A model generated the notes under the pieces. It saw only the letters and a list, made by a program, of their open reading frames with translations, ran no database searches and was not told the DNA's origin. Shown piece by piece: positions 8,869-18,142 of a stretch of DNA of 64,000 nt. Origin of the DNA: an uncultured delta proteobacterium. Its GTDB lineage: Bacteria > Myxococcota_A > Polyangia > Polyangiales > Polyangiaceae. Within the stretch, counting starts at the first letter, position 1. The number at the start of each line of letters is the position of its first letter. The stretch is from NCBI GenBank assembly GCA_963696385.1, contig CAVOKF010000004.1, forward strand, positions 544,001-608,000. Direction: 5' to 3'. The position numbers and the translations under genes are program-made.

Positions 8869-10280
8869 AACCGGGAGGCAATTTCCAGTTCTCTCGCCGA
8901 GCGTTGCTCAAGGCCGCGGGGTCCACGCTGCTCGTTCCGACATTTCTCAAGCAGGCGTTCGCTCAAACGGCCACGCCGGCCATGCCGAGCCTGATTCTCT
9001 TCATGCAGACCGGGGGCACCCATCAGGCCAGCTTCTGGCCGACGGGCACGACCTACGGTCCGACGTTTACGTCCCCGATTCTCGCGAATATGCTGACCGA
9101 CACCACGGTCGGTCCAAAAACCACGCTGGTCAGTGGCATCTACCTGAACGAAATCGGAAGCCCGGGCGGAGATGGCCACGACTGGGGTTGGCACGGGCTC
9201 TTTTCGGGGCACGACAACATCTCGAGCGGTGGCGACCAGTTTGGTGGCGGTCAATCGGTCGACCAGATCCTGATCAACCAACTGCAGTTCACGACGCCGT
9301 ACAAGAACATTCATTGCGGCGTCACGGCGGCCAACTATCAGTTGGTCAACGCAGGCCGCGCCTCGTGGGTCTGCGCATCGCCGGGCCTGCAGGTGGCTCC
9401 GCAAATCGACATTTACGCGCTGTACACACAGCTGTTCGGAACCGTGACCTCCGACGGTGGAGTCCCAACCGATGCGGCCACGCAGGCCGCAACCCTTCGG
9501 TTGGCGCAGCAAAAGTCTGTGCTCGACGTGGTCGCTTCGGACCTGCAGGCGTTGGAAAATCGCCTAGGCCCCACCGAACGCGCGAAGGTCGACATTCACT
9601 TGCAAGCCGTGCGCGACTTCGAGACGCGTCTGTCGACGACGGTAACGACGGGCACCACCACGAACCCGGCAATGTGCGGCAATGTGCAGCCGTCGATGTT
9701 GGGGGTACCGAGCACCGGGCAGGGCAACGAAGCCAACGCGCCGACCTTGTTTACGCTGTTCATGCAATTCATTGCGAGCGCGATCGGCTGCAACATGGTC
9801 CAGATCCTGACCTTCCAGGCCGGCCGGGGCGGCGAGCATTTTCACTATGACTGGTTGAATCTCGCAGGCATGCGACCGGATTTTCACAACGACATCGAGC
9901 ACGCCGACCTGCCGAGCGGCACGGACACTGTGGCCGCTTCGGTCATGGTGGGAGTGGCTCAGTACCAGGCCAACATGGTCTTGAGTCTTGCGCAGCAGCT
10001 GGCCCAGTTCCCCGCGCCCAACGGACAGACCGCGCTTGATAACACTCTGCTCGTCTATGGCAATGAAATTGCCACGGGTCCGCACGGCCTTCAAGATTAT
10101 CCGATCGTTCTCATCGGAGGCGCAGCGGGCAAGTTGACCAAAACCGGGTACATGGTGAGCTCGGGCACACAAATGCACCAGCGATTGGGCTGCACCATCG
10201 AGAACATCATGGGAATGCAATCGGCGGGCTTTGGTCAGGAGCCGGCGTGCGGAGTCATCCAGGGGCTGAGCCTCGCCTGA
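8865..10280 (+). CDS. DUF1552-family Tat-exported protein
   Basis: SRRALLK twin-arginine signal; SVDQ; QKSVLD; ERAKVDIHL..VRDFE; LDNTLLVYGNE; ATGA-coupled to the upstream gene. Confidence 0.88.
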   Translation: MKPGGNFQFSRRALLKAAGSTLLVPTFLKQAFAQTATPAMPSLILFMQTGGTHQASFWPTGTTYGPTFTSPILANMLTDTTVGPKTTLVSGIYLNEIGSPGGDGHDWGWHGLFSGHDNISSGGDQFGGGQSVDQILINQLQFTTPYKNIHCGVTAANYQLVNAGRASWVCASPGLQVAPQIDIYALYTQLFGTVTSDGGVPTDAATQAATLRLAQQKSVLDVVASDLQALENRLGPTERAKVDIHLQAVRDFETRLSTTVTTGTTTNPAMCGNVQPSMLGVPSTGQGNEANAPTLFTLFMQFIASAIGCNMVQILTFQAGRGGEHFHYDWLNLAGMRPDFHNDIEHADLPSGTDTVAASVMVGVAQYQANMVLSLAQQLAQFPAPNGQTALDNTLLVYGNEIATGPHGLQDYPIVLIGGAAGKLTKTGYMVSSGTQMHQRLGCTIENIMGMQSAGFGQEPACGVIQGLSLA

Positions 10281-10549
10281 ACGCCCTGTCGTTCTGCTCA
10301 AGACGGACGCCGATCGCCGCCTTAGCCTGAGGTTCTTGGTCCGGGCGGGTGGGGAACTTCCGCTTAGCGGCCGGCTCCGCGGCGAGGCGAAGTCATCGCA
10401 ATCGGACGCTTGGCGCAACGGCGTGGCGAGCCCGGACACGCACTCCGGCTGGACACCGATGGTTGGCGCGGCTTTGCGCCGGCGCTAGCGTGACGCGCGC
10501 AGACCTCAGCGCCCCGCTCCGAGGCGCGCTCTGCCTCTGGAGACGAGCC

Positions 10550-12280
10550 ATGCGAGACCCGCTGGAAGACCTGAAAGGCGCGACGGTCATCGAGACCCGC
10601 AAGGCCGGCGCGTGGCTGCTTCACAATCCGTCCACGAACCACGGAACGGCTTTTGGCCGAGCGCAGCGGGACGAGCTGCGGGTTCGCGGAATGGTGCCGC
10701 ATCGCGTGACGACCCTCGAGGAACAAGCGACGACGGCCATCGCTCAGATCCGGGCCAAGGGCACGCCGCTCGAGCAGTACATCGGATTGGCCAGCCTCCA
10801 GGACCGCAACGAGGTGCTCTTCTACCGCGTGTTGGTCGACCACGTCGCAGAGTTGATGCCCATTGTGTACACGCCGACGGTGGGCGAGGCGTGCCAGAAG
10901 TTCAGCCACATCTACCGCAACGCGCGCGGGCTTTGGATCACGCCGGACGACGTCGGCGACATCCCGCGCGTCCTGAAGAACTCGCCGTTTCACGACATCC
11001 GCTTGATCGTGGCGACCGACAACGAGCGGATTCTGGGTCTCGGAGATCAGGGTTGCGGTGGCATGGGCATCCCGATCGGCAAACTGGCGCTGTACGTCGC
11101 GGGCGCGGGGATTCATCCGTCCAAGTGCCTGCCCATCAGCCTCGACGTTGGCACAGACAACCCGGACCTGCTGGCGGACCCGCTGTATCTCGGCTACCCG
11201 AAACGGCGACTGCGTGGGCGCGAGTACGACGAATTCATCGAAGCCTTCGTGCGGGGCGTGCGAGAGGTTTTTCCGCGGACGATTCTCCAGTGGGAGGATT
11301 TCCACAAGGACCGCGCCTTCGTACTGCTGGAGCGATATCGGCGCCGCATCGTGTCGTTCAATGACGACATCCAGGGTACCGCCAGCGTGACGGTGGCCGG
11401 GATTCTGGCTGCCTTGCGGATTACCAAGCAGCGGATGGCCGCTCAGCGCATCGTCTTCGTCGGCGCGGGCGCAGCATGCACGGGGATTGCACAGCTCTGC
11501 GCCATCGCGATGCGTGCCGATGGCGCCGCCGACGACGCGATTCGCGGTGCGCTGGTCGCGATCGACAGCGGAGGCCTCCTTCACGACGGCCGCTCGATCG
11601 ATGAACCCCACAAGCGGGAGCTGGCGCTGCCGCGTGCGGCGATGGTGCGGTACGGCCTCGACCCGAACGCGAATCTCTCGCTGGTGGACGTCGTTCGCGC
11701 GGTGAAGCCGACCGTTCTGGTCGGCGCCACGGCACAGGCCGGAGCCTTCACGCAAGAGCTGATCGACACCATGGCGCGTCACGTGGAGCGCCCCATCGTA
11801 CTTGCCCTCAGCAACCCGAACAGCAAGGCCGAATGCACGCCCGAGCAAGCCCTTCGCTGGACCGACGGACGCGCGCTCGTCGCCACGGGAAGCCCCTTCG
11901 CCGACGTGGAGTACGCGGGCAAACGCCATGTCATCGGGCAGGCGAACAACGTTTTCATTTTTCCGGGCGTGGGCCTGGGAACTGCGATTGCCGAAGCACG
12001 GGAGGTCTCGACGGAGATGTTTCACATCGCGTCGGCGACGCTCGCAAGGTCCGTGAGCCAGGACAGGCTCGATGCCGGCGCCATCTATCCAGACCAGGGC
12101 GATCTGCGCCGCGTGAGCTTCGAGATCGCCTGCGGCGTCGTGAAATATGCGAGCGAGAACAACCTCGGCCGCCGCATCGACCCTGAGAACGTGGAAGCGG
12201 TCGTGCGGCGCGCGGTGTGGGAGCCGAGTTACGCTCCGATTCGGCTTACCGGCGAGGAGCCCGCCGTCGCCTCGCGCTGA
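10550..12280 (+). CDS. maeA: NAD-dependent malic enzyme
   Basis: PIVYTPTVGEAC, ERILGLGDQG, QWEDF, FNDDIQGT, LSNP, GQANN..IFPG. Confidence 0.95.
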   Translation: MRDPLEDLKGATVIETRKAGAWLLHNPSTNHGTAFGRAQRDELRVRGMVPHRVTTLEEQATTAIAQIRAKGTPLEQYIGLASLQDRNEVLFYRVLVDHVAELMPIVYTPTVGEACQKFSHIYRNARGLWITPDDVGDIPRVLKNSPFHDIRLIVATDNERILGLGDQGCGGMGIPIGKLALYVAGAGIHPSKCLPISLDVGTDNPDLLADPLYLGYPKRRLRGREYDEFIEAFVRGVREVFPRTILQWEDFHKDRAFVLLERYRRRIVSFNDDIQGTASVTVAGILAALRITKQRMAAQRIVFVGAGAACTGIAQLCAIAMRADGAADDAIRGALVAIDSGGLLHDGRSIDEPHKRELALPRAAMVRYGLDPNANLSLVDVVRAVKPTVLVGATAQAGAFTQELIDTMARHVERPIVLALSNPNSKAECTPEQALRWTDGRALVATGSPFADVEYAGKRHVIGQANNVFIFPGVGLGTAIAEAREVSTEMFHIASATLARSVSQDRLDAGAIYPDQGDLRRVSFEIACGVVKYASENNLGRRIDPENVEAVVRRAVWEPSYAPIRLTGEEPAVASR

Positions 12281-12511
12281 TTCTGCCCCCGCGGCCCGCC
12301 AACCATCGCGGGCGCGCGCGCGTGGACGAGCGCGCTCAGAGATCGCCACGGCCGGTCCCGCTTTCGCCCCGGAAAGGCGACGACCACCCATAGCGTCCGC
12401 TATATTGGATGTTCCCGGACAAAAAAATTCAAGAATGGGCTCGCATGCCTTAATCGCTCCGTCATGCGTCCGCTTTACGAGACCACGTCGACGCTTTTTG
12501 AAGGAGTTAGC

Positions 12512-14248
12512 GTGTCCGAGGCTGCGGTACACGACCGAGGCAACGATCGTTTGGGGAAGTATCGCCTGCTCGCGGTGCTCGCCCGCGGAGGTATGGGGGA
12601 CGTGTACCTCGCCGTCGCGGACGGCATGGAAGGGTTCAGCAAGCTGCTCGTCGTCAAGGAGCTGCGGCGCGAGCAGGGAGACGACGATGTCTCGGTGGCC
12701 ATGTTCATGGACGAAGCGCGGCTCACCGCGCGGTTGAACCATCCGAACATCGTGCAGACGATCGAAGTCGGCAGCGACGGCGAACGCCGCTTCCTCGTCA
12801 TGGAGCACCTCGACGGCCAGCCGTTGCATAGGGTGCTGCGCCGCGCGCGACGGAGCGGCCGACCGCTTTCGACCGACCTCCATGTGCGCGTCCTGGCCGA
12901 CGTGCTCGAGGCGCTCGCGTACGCACACACCTTGACCGAGTTCGACGGCAAGCCACTCGGGGTCGTCCACCGGGACGTGAGTCCGCAGAACGTTTTTTTG
13001 ACGTACGAAGGCCAGGTCAAACTCATCGATTTTGGAATCGCCAAGACGCACCTGGCCTCGCAGCACACGAGCGCGGGCGTTCTGAAGGGCAAGATCCGGT
13101 ACATGTCGCCCGAGCAGGCGACCGGCCAGCCCATAGACTTTCGCTCCGACATTTTCTCCGTCGGCGTCATGCTCTGGGAGGCCCTCCTGGGTCGTGGCCC
13201 CTGGGAAGGTCAGAGCGACCTGCAGACTCTGCACGGACTCATGATGGGTGCGATCCCACGGCTGCAGTCCGATCGCCCACGAGAACTGCCCCTCGGCCTC
13301 GTGGCTGCCACTCATCGTGCCATGTGCGTCATGCCCCAGGAGCGTTACCCCTCGGCGCGCGCCATGCGAGACGACTTGTTGCGTGACCGATCGTCGGCTC
13401 CTGTCGGCGGCTCGAATCAGCTCCGCGAGATCGTCTCAGGCCTCTTTGCCGAGGAGCGCCGCGAGCTCGGCGCCGTGATCGACGCCCAGCTTCGCGCGAT
13501 GAGGGCCGAGGCGTCGCTGCACCTCGTGAGCCTGACGCGCGTGCGTACTCAGACGCACGATGTCGCGGCGAACCGTGGCACAGGGGCGAGCTCTCCGGAA
13601 GAGGGATCGAGCGCGTCGATGCCGTCGCGCGCCGAGGCGCCAGCGGTACCCGCATCGCACGGCCCGATGGCCGATCCCCCTCGTGCCATGCGTTCCCACA
13701 CTCGTGTCGTGGCTGCGTTCGTGGTGGCTGCGCTCGCGGCGACGGTTGCGTCCGTTATCGTACGAGCGAGGTGGGCACCCTCCGTAGCCGCCCCAGTTGC
13801 CGCCCTTGCGATGGCGCCAACGGCCTCGGTAGCGAACGCGGAGCCGCGCGTCCCGGAGATCGAGGCTTCTCCGGCCGTGCGGGTGACCGTTCACGCGTTG
13901 CCTCAAACGGCGAAGATTTACGTCGACGACGTCTTGGTCGAAAACCCGTACGTGGCCCAATTCGCTCGCAGCGGCGCGGTCCATTCGTTGCGTGCCGAAG
14001 CTCCGGAATACACCACCAAAAGCAAGACTTTTACACAGGCGGCGAACATCGACGTGGAGATTTCGCTCGAGCGCGAGCCGGTCCGGCGGCGCGGTGTGCG
14101 CGAGGTGTCGGAGCCCTCCGTTCGGCCGGCATCGTCGAGCGCGAGCGTCAGCACGGAGCCACCGCCGCCGGTACGATCGTTCGATATTCGTGTCCCGCGC
14201 GCGCGACCGCAACGAGAACTCGACAAGGTGAACCCTTACGCCCAATGA
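12512..14248 (+). CDS. Hanks-type Ser/Thr protein kinase, membrane-anchored, with C-terminal PEGA-like domain
   Basis: GGMGDVY, VVKEL, HRDVSPQN, DFG, YMSPEQ, DIFSVG; TM helix; AAGGAG RBS before GTG 12512. Confidence 0.95.
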   Translation: MSEAAVHDRGNDRLGKYRLLAVLARGGMGDVYLAVADGMEGFSKLLVVKELRREQGDDDVSVAMFMDEARLTARLNHPNIVQTIEVGSDGERRFLVMEHLDGQPLHRVLRRARRSGRPLSTDLHVRVLADVLEALAYAHTLTEFDGKPLGVVHRDVSPQNVFLTYEGQVKLIDFGIAKTHLASQHTSAGVLKGKIRYMSPEQATGQPIDFRSDIFSVGVMLWEALLGRGPWEGQSDLQTLHGLMMGAIPRLQSDRPRELPLGLVAATHRAMCVMPQERYPSARAMRDDLLRDRSSAPVGGSNQLREIVSGLFAEERRELGAVIDAQLRAMRAEASLHLVSLTRVRTQTHDVAANRGTGASSPEEGSSASMPSRAEAPAVPASHGPMADPPRAMRSHTRVVAAFVVAALAATVASVIVRARWAPSVAAPVAALAMAPTASVANAEPRVPEIEASPAVRVTVHALPQTAKIYVDDVLVENPYVAQFARSGAVHSLRAEAPEYTTKSKTFTQAANIDVEISLEREPVRRRGVREVSEPSVRPASSSASVSTEPPPPVRSFDIRVPRARPQRELDKVNPYAQ

Positions 14249-15219
14249 AGCGGCCCCTGCAGATCATTGTCGTAGTTGGGCTGCGGCTCCTCTGCCCGGA
14301 TGCGTCCTGGGCCGCCTCGCCGGACGCCACCTCCCATGAGGCGTCGATGCACTTCGAGCGCGGCGTCAAGCTCTCGGAGGACGAGGATTGGCGTGCGGCT
14401 CTCATCGAGTTCGAGCGCGCCTACGCCATTGAGCCAAACTATCGCGTCCTCTTCGATATTGGCCAATGCCGATATCAGCTGCATGAATATCCGGGCGCGC
14501 TGGCCGCGTTTCAGAAGTATCTCGCGGAGGGCAAGGACGCTATCGCGGCGGATCGGAGGGCGCTCGTCGAGTCGGACATCGATGTTCTGAAGGGTCGCGT
14601 CGCGACCGTGCGACTCTCGAGTGGGTTCTCGGGGGCCGACGTCAGCGTCGACGATGCGATCGTCGGAACGACGCCCCTGGTGGCTCCGATCGTCGTCAGC
14701 GCAGGGCGGCGCAAAGTTACTGTGAGCAAGGCCGGCGGGCCGAGCGTCACCCGCTTTATTGACCTGGCAGGCGAGGAAACCGCCGAGGTCACCATCGACC
14801 CGCCGGCGGCGCCTGCCGACGTGGCACACGCGCCCCTCGCCGCTCCGGCCGCGATGGGCGCCACGCCCGAGTCGCCCGCTCACCGCCGCTCCCTCGTTCC
14901 GGCTTGGACGGCGCTGGGACTTGGCGTGGTCGGAGCAGGCGCCGGAGCTTTCTTCGGCGTCTCGGCAATGCGCGATAAGCGCGACCTCGATCGGCAATGC
15001 GTGTCGAAGATCTGCCCGCTCTCGAGCCAATCGCTCGTCACGACCTCCCAGCGAAATTCGCTCTATTCGACGATCGGGTTCGTGGCTGGGGCCGCCAGCA
15101 TGACGTTCGGCGCGGGCTACCTGATCTTCGCGCCCGGCGCGGCTCGCGCGCGACCCACCGCTCCGCGCCTTGGGCTCTTTGTCGACACACGGTCGGTTGG
15201 GGCGGCGGGAGTCTTTTGA
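14245..15219 (+). CDS. TPR + PEGA domain membrane protein
   Basis: HFERG..AALIEFERAY TPR; GADVSVDD..VGTTPL PEGA; two hydrophobic segments; C-terminal Phe; ATGA-coupled. Confidence 0.88.
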   Translation: MKRPLQIIVVVGLRLLCPDASWAASPDATSHEASMHFERGVKLSEDEDWRAALIEFERAYAIEPNYRVLFDIGQCRYQLHEYPGALAAFQKYLAEGKDAIAADRRALVESDIDVLKGRVATVRLSSGFSGADVSVDDAIVGTTPLVAPIVVSAGRRKVTVSKAGGPSVTRFIDLAGEETAEVTIDPPAAPADVAHAPLAAPAAMGATPESPAHRRSLVPAWTALGLGVVGAGAGAFFGVSAMRDKRDLDRQCVSKICPLSSQSLVTTSQRNSLYSTIGFVAGAASMTFGAGYLIFAPGAARARPTAPRLGLFVDTRSVGAAGVF

Positions 15220-15221
15220 CG

Positions 15222-15602
15222 ATGACCCCGACAGCCCGAAGGCTTCTGGCAGCCGCGGCAGGCGTGCGCATGCTGGCCACCGCCCTGGTGGCGAGCGGGT
15301 GCAGTACCCTCATCGGCCTCGACGGCTACACGACGCGTTCGGAGGCCCCGGATGGCAGCCAAATCGAGAGGCCCGTTGACGCAAGCGCCGACACCCTGGC
15401 CCCAATTTCCGCAGACTCCGCGAGTTGTGAAATCGATGCGTCGTTTGAATGCTACGCGTGCACCCCGACGCAGCCCTCGCAGTTTCTCAATGCATGCACG
15501 ACGGCGACGTGCGTTCCGTTCGACGATTCCGTGCGGTTGACCAATCTGCTGGACGATGGGGGCCTGCCGCCGTTGCCGGTTGCCGAAGCGGGAGCCGATT
15601 GA
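15222..15602 (+). CDS. Small Cys-containing lipoprotein
   Basis: LVASGC lipobox; CYACTP..QFLNACT..CVPFD. Confidence 0.75.
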   Translation: MTPTARRLLAAAAGVRMLATALVASGCSTLIGLDGYTTRSEAPDGSQIERPVDASADTLAPISADSASCEIDASFECYACTPTQPSQFLNACTTATCVPFDDSVRLTNLLDDGGLPPLPVAEAGAD

Positions 15603-15629
15603 TGCACGAGCAACCCCGGGGGGCCTGAC

Positions 15630-16916
15630 ATGAGACGTACCCGCTATTTGCATATCGCTGCGACCGCCTGTCTGGCTTGCGTCACGTCGACGCGGCTCGC
15701 TCGCGCCATCGCCTGCGACGCGCTGCCGAGCGCGAGCAACCCGTCGAGCGGCACGCTGCCTCCCGTCGTGTACATCGAAGGGGCGAACGCCGTGGGGCCG
15801 TTCATTGCGCCGCTGCAGCAGGCGCTGTCGGTCGATCCAAACCCCATCAACGTCGTCTACATCGGAGATGGCGGGTGCGTGGGAGCGAACAATTTCTTCA
15901 CGAGTACCCCGATCTCGGCCAAGCCTGCACCCATTTACTACGCTGCCCAAGTTCAGGGCACCTGCAGCCTGCCATCGACCGGCGGTCCAAACAACGGCCC
16001 CCCCGTTGCGGACATCGGAACGTCGGATGTGTACGCGCCGACCTGCGGCACGTTACCGGGAGGCCAGTTGCCCCCCAACGTCGTCGATTTTCTTGGCCCC
16101 ATCCAGCCCATGGTCTTTGTCGTGCCGAAAGCGTCCTCGCAGCGTTCGATCAGTGCCGCGGCGGCTTACTTCGTGTTCGGCTTTGGGGCCCGCTCGGGGG
16201 TGGCTCCCTGGACGGTCAACGGGTCGATCTATCGCCGCAATGCCTCGTCCGCCGTGCAGGCGTTGCTCGCCGTCGCCATCGGCGTCCCATTGTCCCAATG
16301 GGCGGGCGTCGACGCGGGCGCGCTGACCTCGAACACGGCCGCAGGTCTGTCCGGGGCCGCTGCGGTCATCAACTCGCTCGAGACCGATGCCAACCCGGAG
16401 CAGGCGATCGGCATTCTTGCCGATACAAACCTCGACTCCACGACGACCACCCACATCACCCCATTGGCCTACAAGGACTTCGACCAATCCTGCGGTTACT
16501 ATCCGGACTCGACGGCAGCCGCCCACGATAAATCGAACGTCCGCGACGGTCATTACTCGCTCTGGGGCCCCATTCATTTCTTCACGTACGTCGATGACCG
16601 CGGGGTGCCTCAGAACCCGAACGTCCAACGCCTCATCTCGTACATGACCGGGACCGCGGTGGCACCCGGTGGCGTCAATCTCGTGCAGGTCGAAGCCCAG
16701 AACAATCTCGTCGCACCCTGTGCCATGCGCGTCACTCGAACCGTCGAGCTCGGACCGCTTGCCTCGTATTCTCCGTCGGGATCGTGCGGTTGTTATTACG
16801 ATTACGTTTCCACGGGCCAATCGAGCTGCACGCCGTGCAGCAAGGAATCGGACTGCTCGGCCTCAGCACCGATCTGCAATATTTCGTTTGCCCAGGGCTT
16901 TTGTGAGACCCAATGA
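15630..16916 (+). CDS. Secreted PstS-like (type 2 periplasmic binding fold) protein with Cys-rich termini
   Basis: VYIEG, ADIGTSD, MVFVVP, IYRRNASS, AIGIL and NVRDGHYSLWGP align by eye to PstS-like motifs; signal peptide. Confidence 0.7.
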   Translation: MRRTRYLHIAATACLACVTSTRLARAIACDALPSASNPSSGTLPPVVYIEGANAVGPFIAPLQQALSVDPNPINVVYIGDGGCVGANNFFTSTPISAKPAPIYYAAQVQGTCSLPSTGGPNNGPPVADIGTSDVYAPTCGTLPGGQLPPNVVDFLGPIQPMVFVVPKASSQRSISAAAAYFVFGFGARSGVAPWTVNGSIYRRNASSAVQALLAVAIGVPLSQWAGVDAGALTSNTAAGLSGAAAVINSLETDANPEQAIGILADTNLDSTTTTHITPLAYKDFDQSCGYYPDSTAAAHDKSNVRDGHYSLWGPIHFFTYVDDRGVPQNPNVQRLISYMTGTAVAPGGVNLVQVEAQNNLVAPCAMRVTRTVELGPLASYSPSGSCGCYYDYVSTGQSSCTPCSKESDCSASAPICNISFAQGFCETQ

Positions 16917-17194
16917 ACGGAATACGACTCCGACGACTACTCGGCCATCTTTTTCCTTTCGCCGCCAGAGCCCGGCGAAGCGTTCGTGGACGATGTTGAG
17001 AGGCCTCATTGCGGGGCGCGACGGGTGCGAGCGCAGAAGCGTACTGTCGGCGCTCGAGGGTGACGAACCGGCGACGCGCGCATGCGCGCTTGCTGCAGCG
17101 GGGTGTCTCGCGGGGGTGAACAGCGAGCTCGAGCGGGCCCCTCGTTTTTTCCGCGTCTTGCGCAATTCGTCGAACGCCTCGCAGAATGCCGGCC

Positions 17195-17854
17195 ATGAAG
17201 CTCGTCTCGTTCGCCCTGCTCTCGGTGCTCACCGCTTGCACGACGCGGTCGAGCCCCAACCTCGAAAACACCGGCCTCACGGCGCCGTCTGCGTCGCTCG
17301 GCGCCACGGCCTCCGGCGCGGACTCGAGGTTTGGGCATGACGCGGCCGCGACTTCTTCGGACGCCTCCTCTCCTGCATTCGCCCAGCCGGCGCCGGGCGG
17401 CTCTGCTCCCGCCGACGATCTGGTCGGCCAGCGCGCTGCCGAGTTCACGGCGACCGCCCAGGACGGCAGCCTCGTGCGGCTGTCTGCGCTGCGGGGAAAG
17501 CCGATCGTCGTTTACTTTTATCCCAAAGACGAAACGCCGGGCTGCACGAAAGAAGCGTGCTCGTTTCGCGACGTATGGTCCGCGATCGCTTCCACCGGCG
17601 CCGTACTCGTGGGCATCTCGGCCGACCCGACCGCGTCGCACAGGCGCTTCGCCGAGCATTACAAGCTTCCGTTCCTTCTCGTGAGCGATCCGGACGGATC
17701 CATCGGCCGCTCGTACGGCGTTCCCTTCGAAGGCCGCCACCGCCGTCAGACGATCGTCATTGGTCCGGACGGCAAGGTTCGCAAGGTGTACCGAACCGTC
17801 GACGTGACGGTGCACGCGCAGCAGGTCTTGGACGACCTGACGCACTTGTCGTAG
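17195..17854 (+). CDS. bcp: BCP/PrxQ peroxiredoxin with lipoprotein signal
   Basis: VYFYPKDETPGCTKEACSFRD; N-terminal LLSVLTAC lipobox. Confidence 0.9.
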   Translation: MKLVSFALLSVLTACTTRSSPNLENTGLTAPSASLGATASGADSRFGHDAAATSSDASSPAFAQPAPGGSAPADDLVGQRAAEFTATAQDGSLVRLSALRGKPIVVYFYPKDETPGCTKEACSFRDVWSAIASTGAVLVGISADPTASHRRFAEHYKLPFLLVSDPDGSIGRSYGVPFEGRHRRQTIVIGPDGKVRKVYRTVDVTVHAQQVLDDLTHLS

Positions 17855-18010
17855 CGGCGATGGGGGCCCAGAACGGCGTCGTCGATGCATTCCCTGAGGT
17901 CGGAGACGACGCCGGGACGCTCCGGCAGTGCCCGTGGAATGCACTCGAAGGATCCATGCGCGGGCGGCCAAATCTGCCTCGAGGGCCATGTGGAGCACGC
18001 ACGTGAGCCC

Positions 18011-18054
18011 GCTCAGTGCGGCCGAGCGCTCAGCGCGGCCGAGCGCTCAGCGCG
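18011..18054. repeat. 17-bp tandem repeat (~2.6 copies)
   Basis: GCTCAGTGCGGCCGAGC / GCTCAGCGCGGCCGAGC / GCTCAGCGCG. Confidence 0.8.
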
Positions 18055-18142
18055 TAGCGACGCGCGCTACATCCGGTCCAGTACGGGCGCAGCGACAAGC
18101 CTCTCCCTTCGGACCACGAGGCGGTGGTATCGTCGCCGGACG

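Noticed and set aside
10463..10477. Sigma54-like TTGGCGCGGCTTTGC upstream of maeA
   Set aside because: GG-to-GC spacing is 9 nt rather than the required 10.
10364..13315. 983-aa minus-strand ORF
   Set aside because: Antisense shadow of maeA and the kinase; long stop-free antisense frames are expected at this GC and it has no recognisable motifs.
18011..18054. Possible CRISPR-like repeat
   Set aside because: Head-to-tail 17-mers without spacers, and no cas genes.
17885..18142. N-terminal extension on EncFtn in the ORF track
   Set aside because: Homology starts at MSSETYHEP (18143), which has its own -10 element; the extension is repeat-derived.
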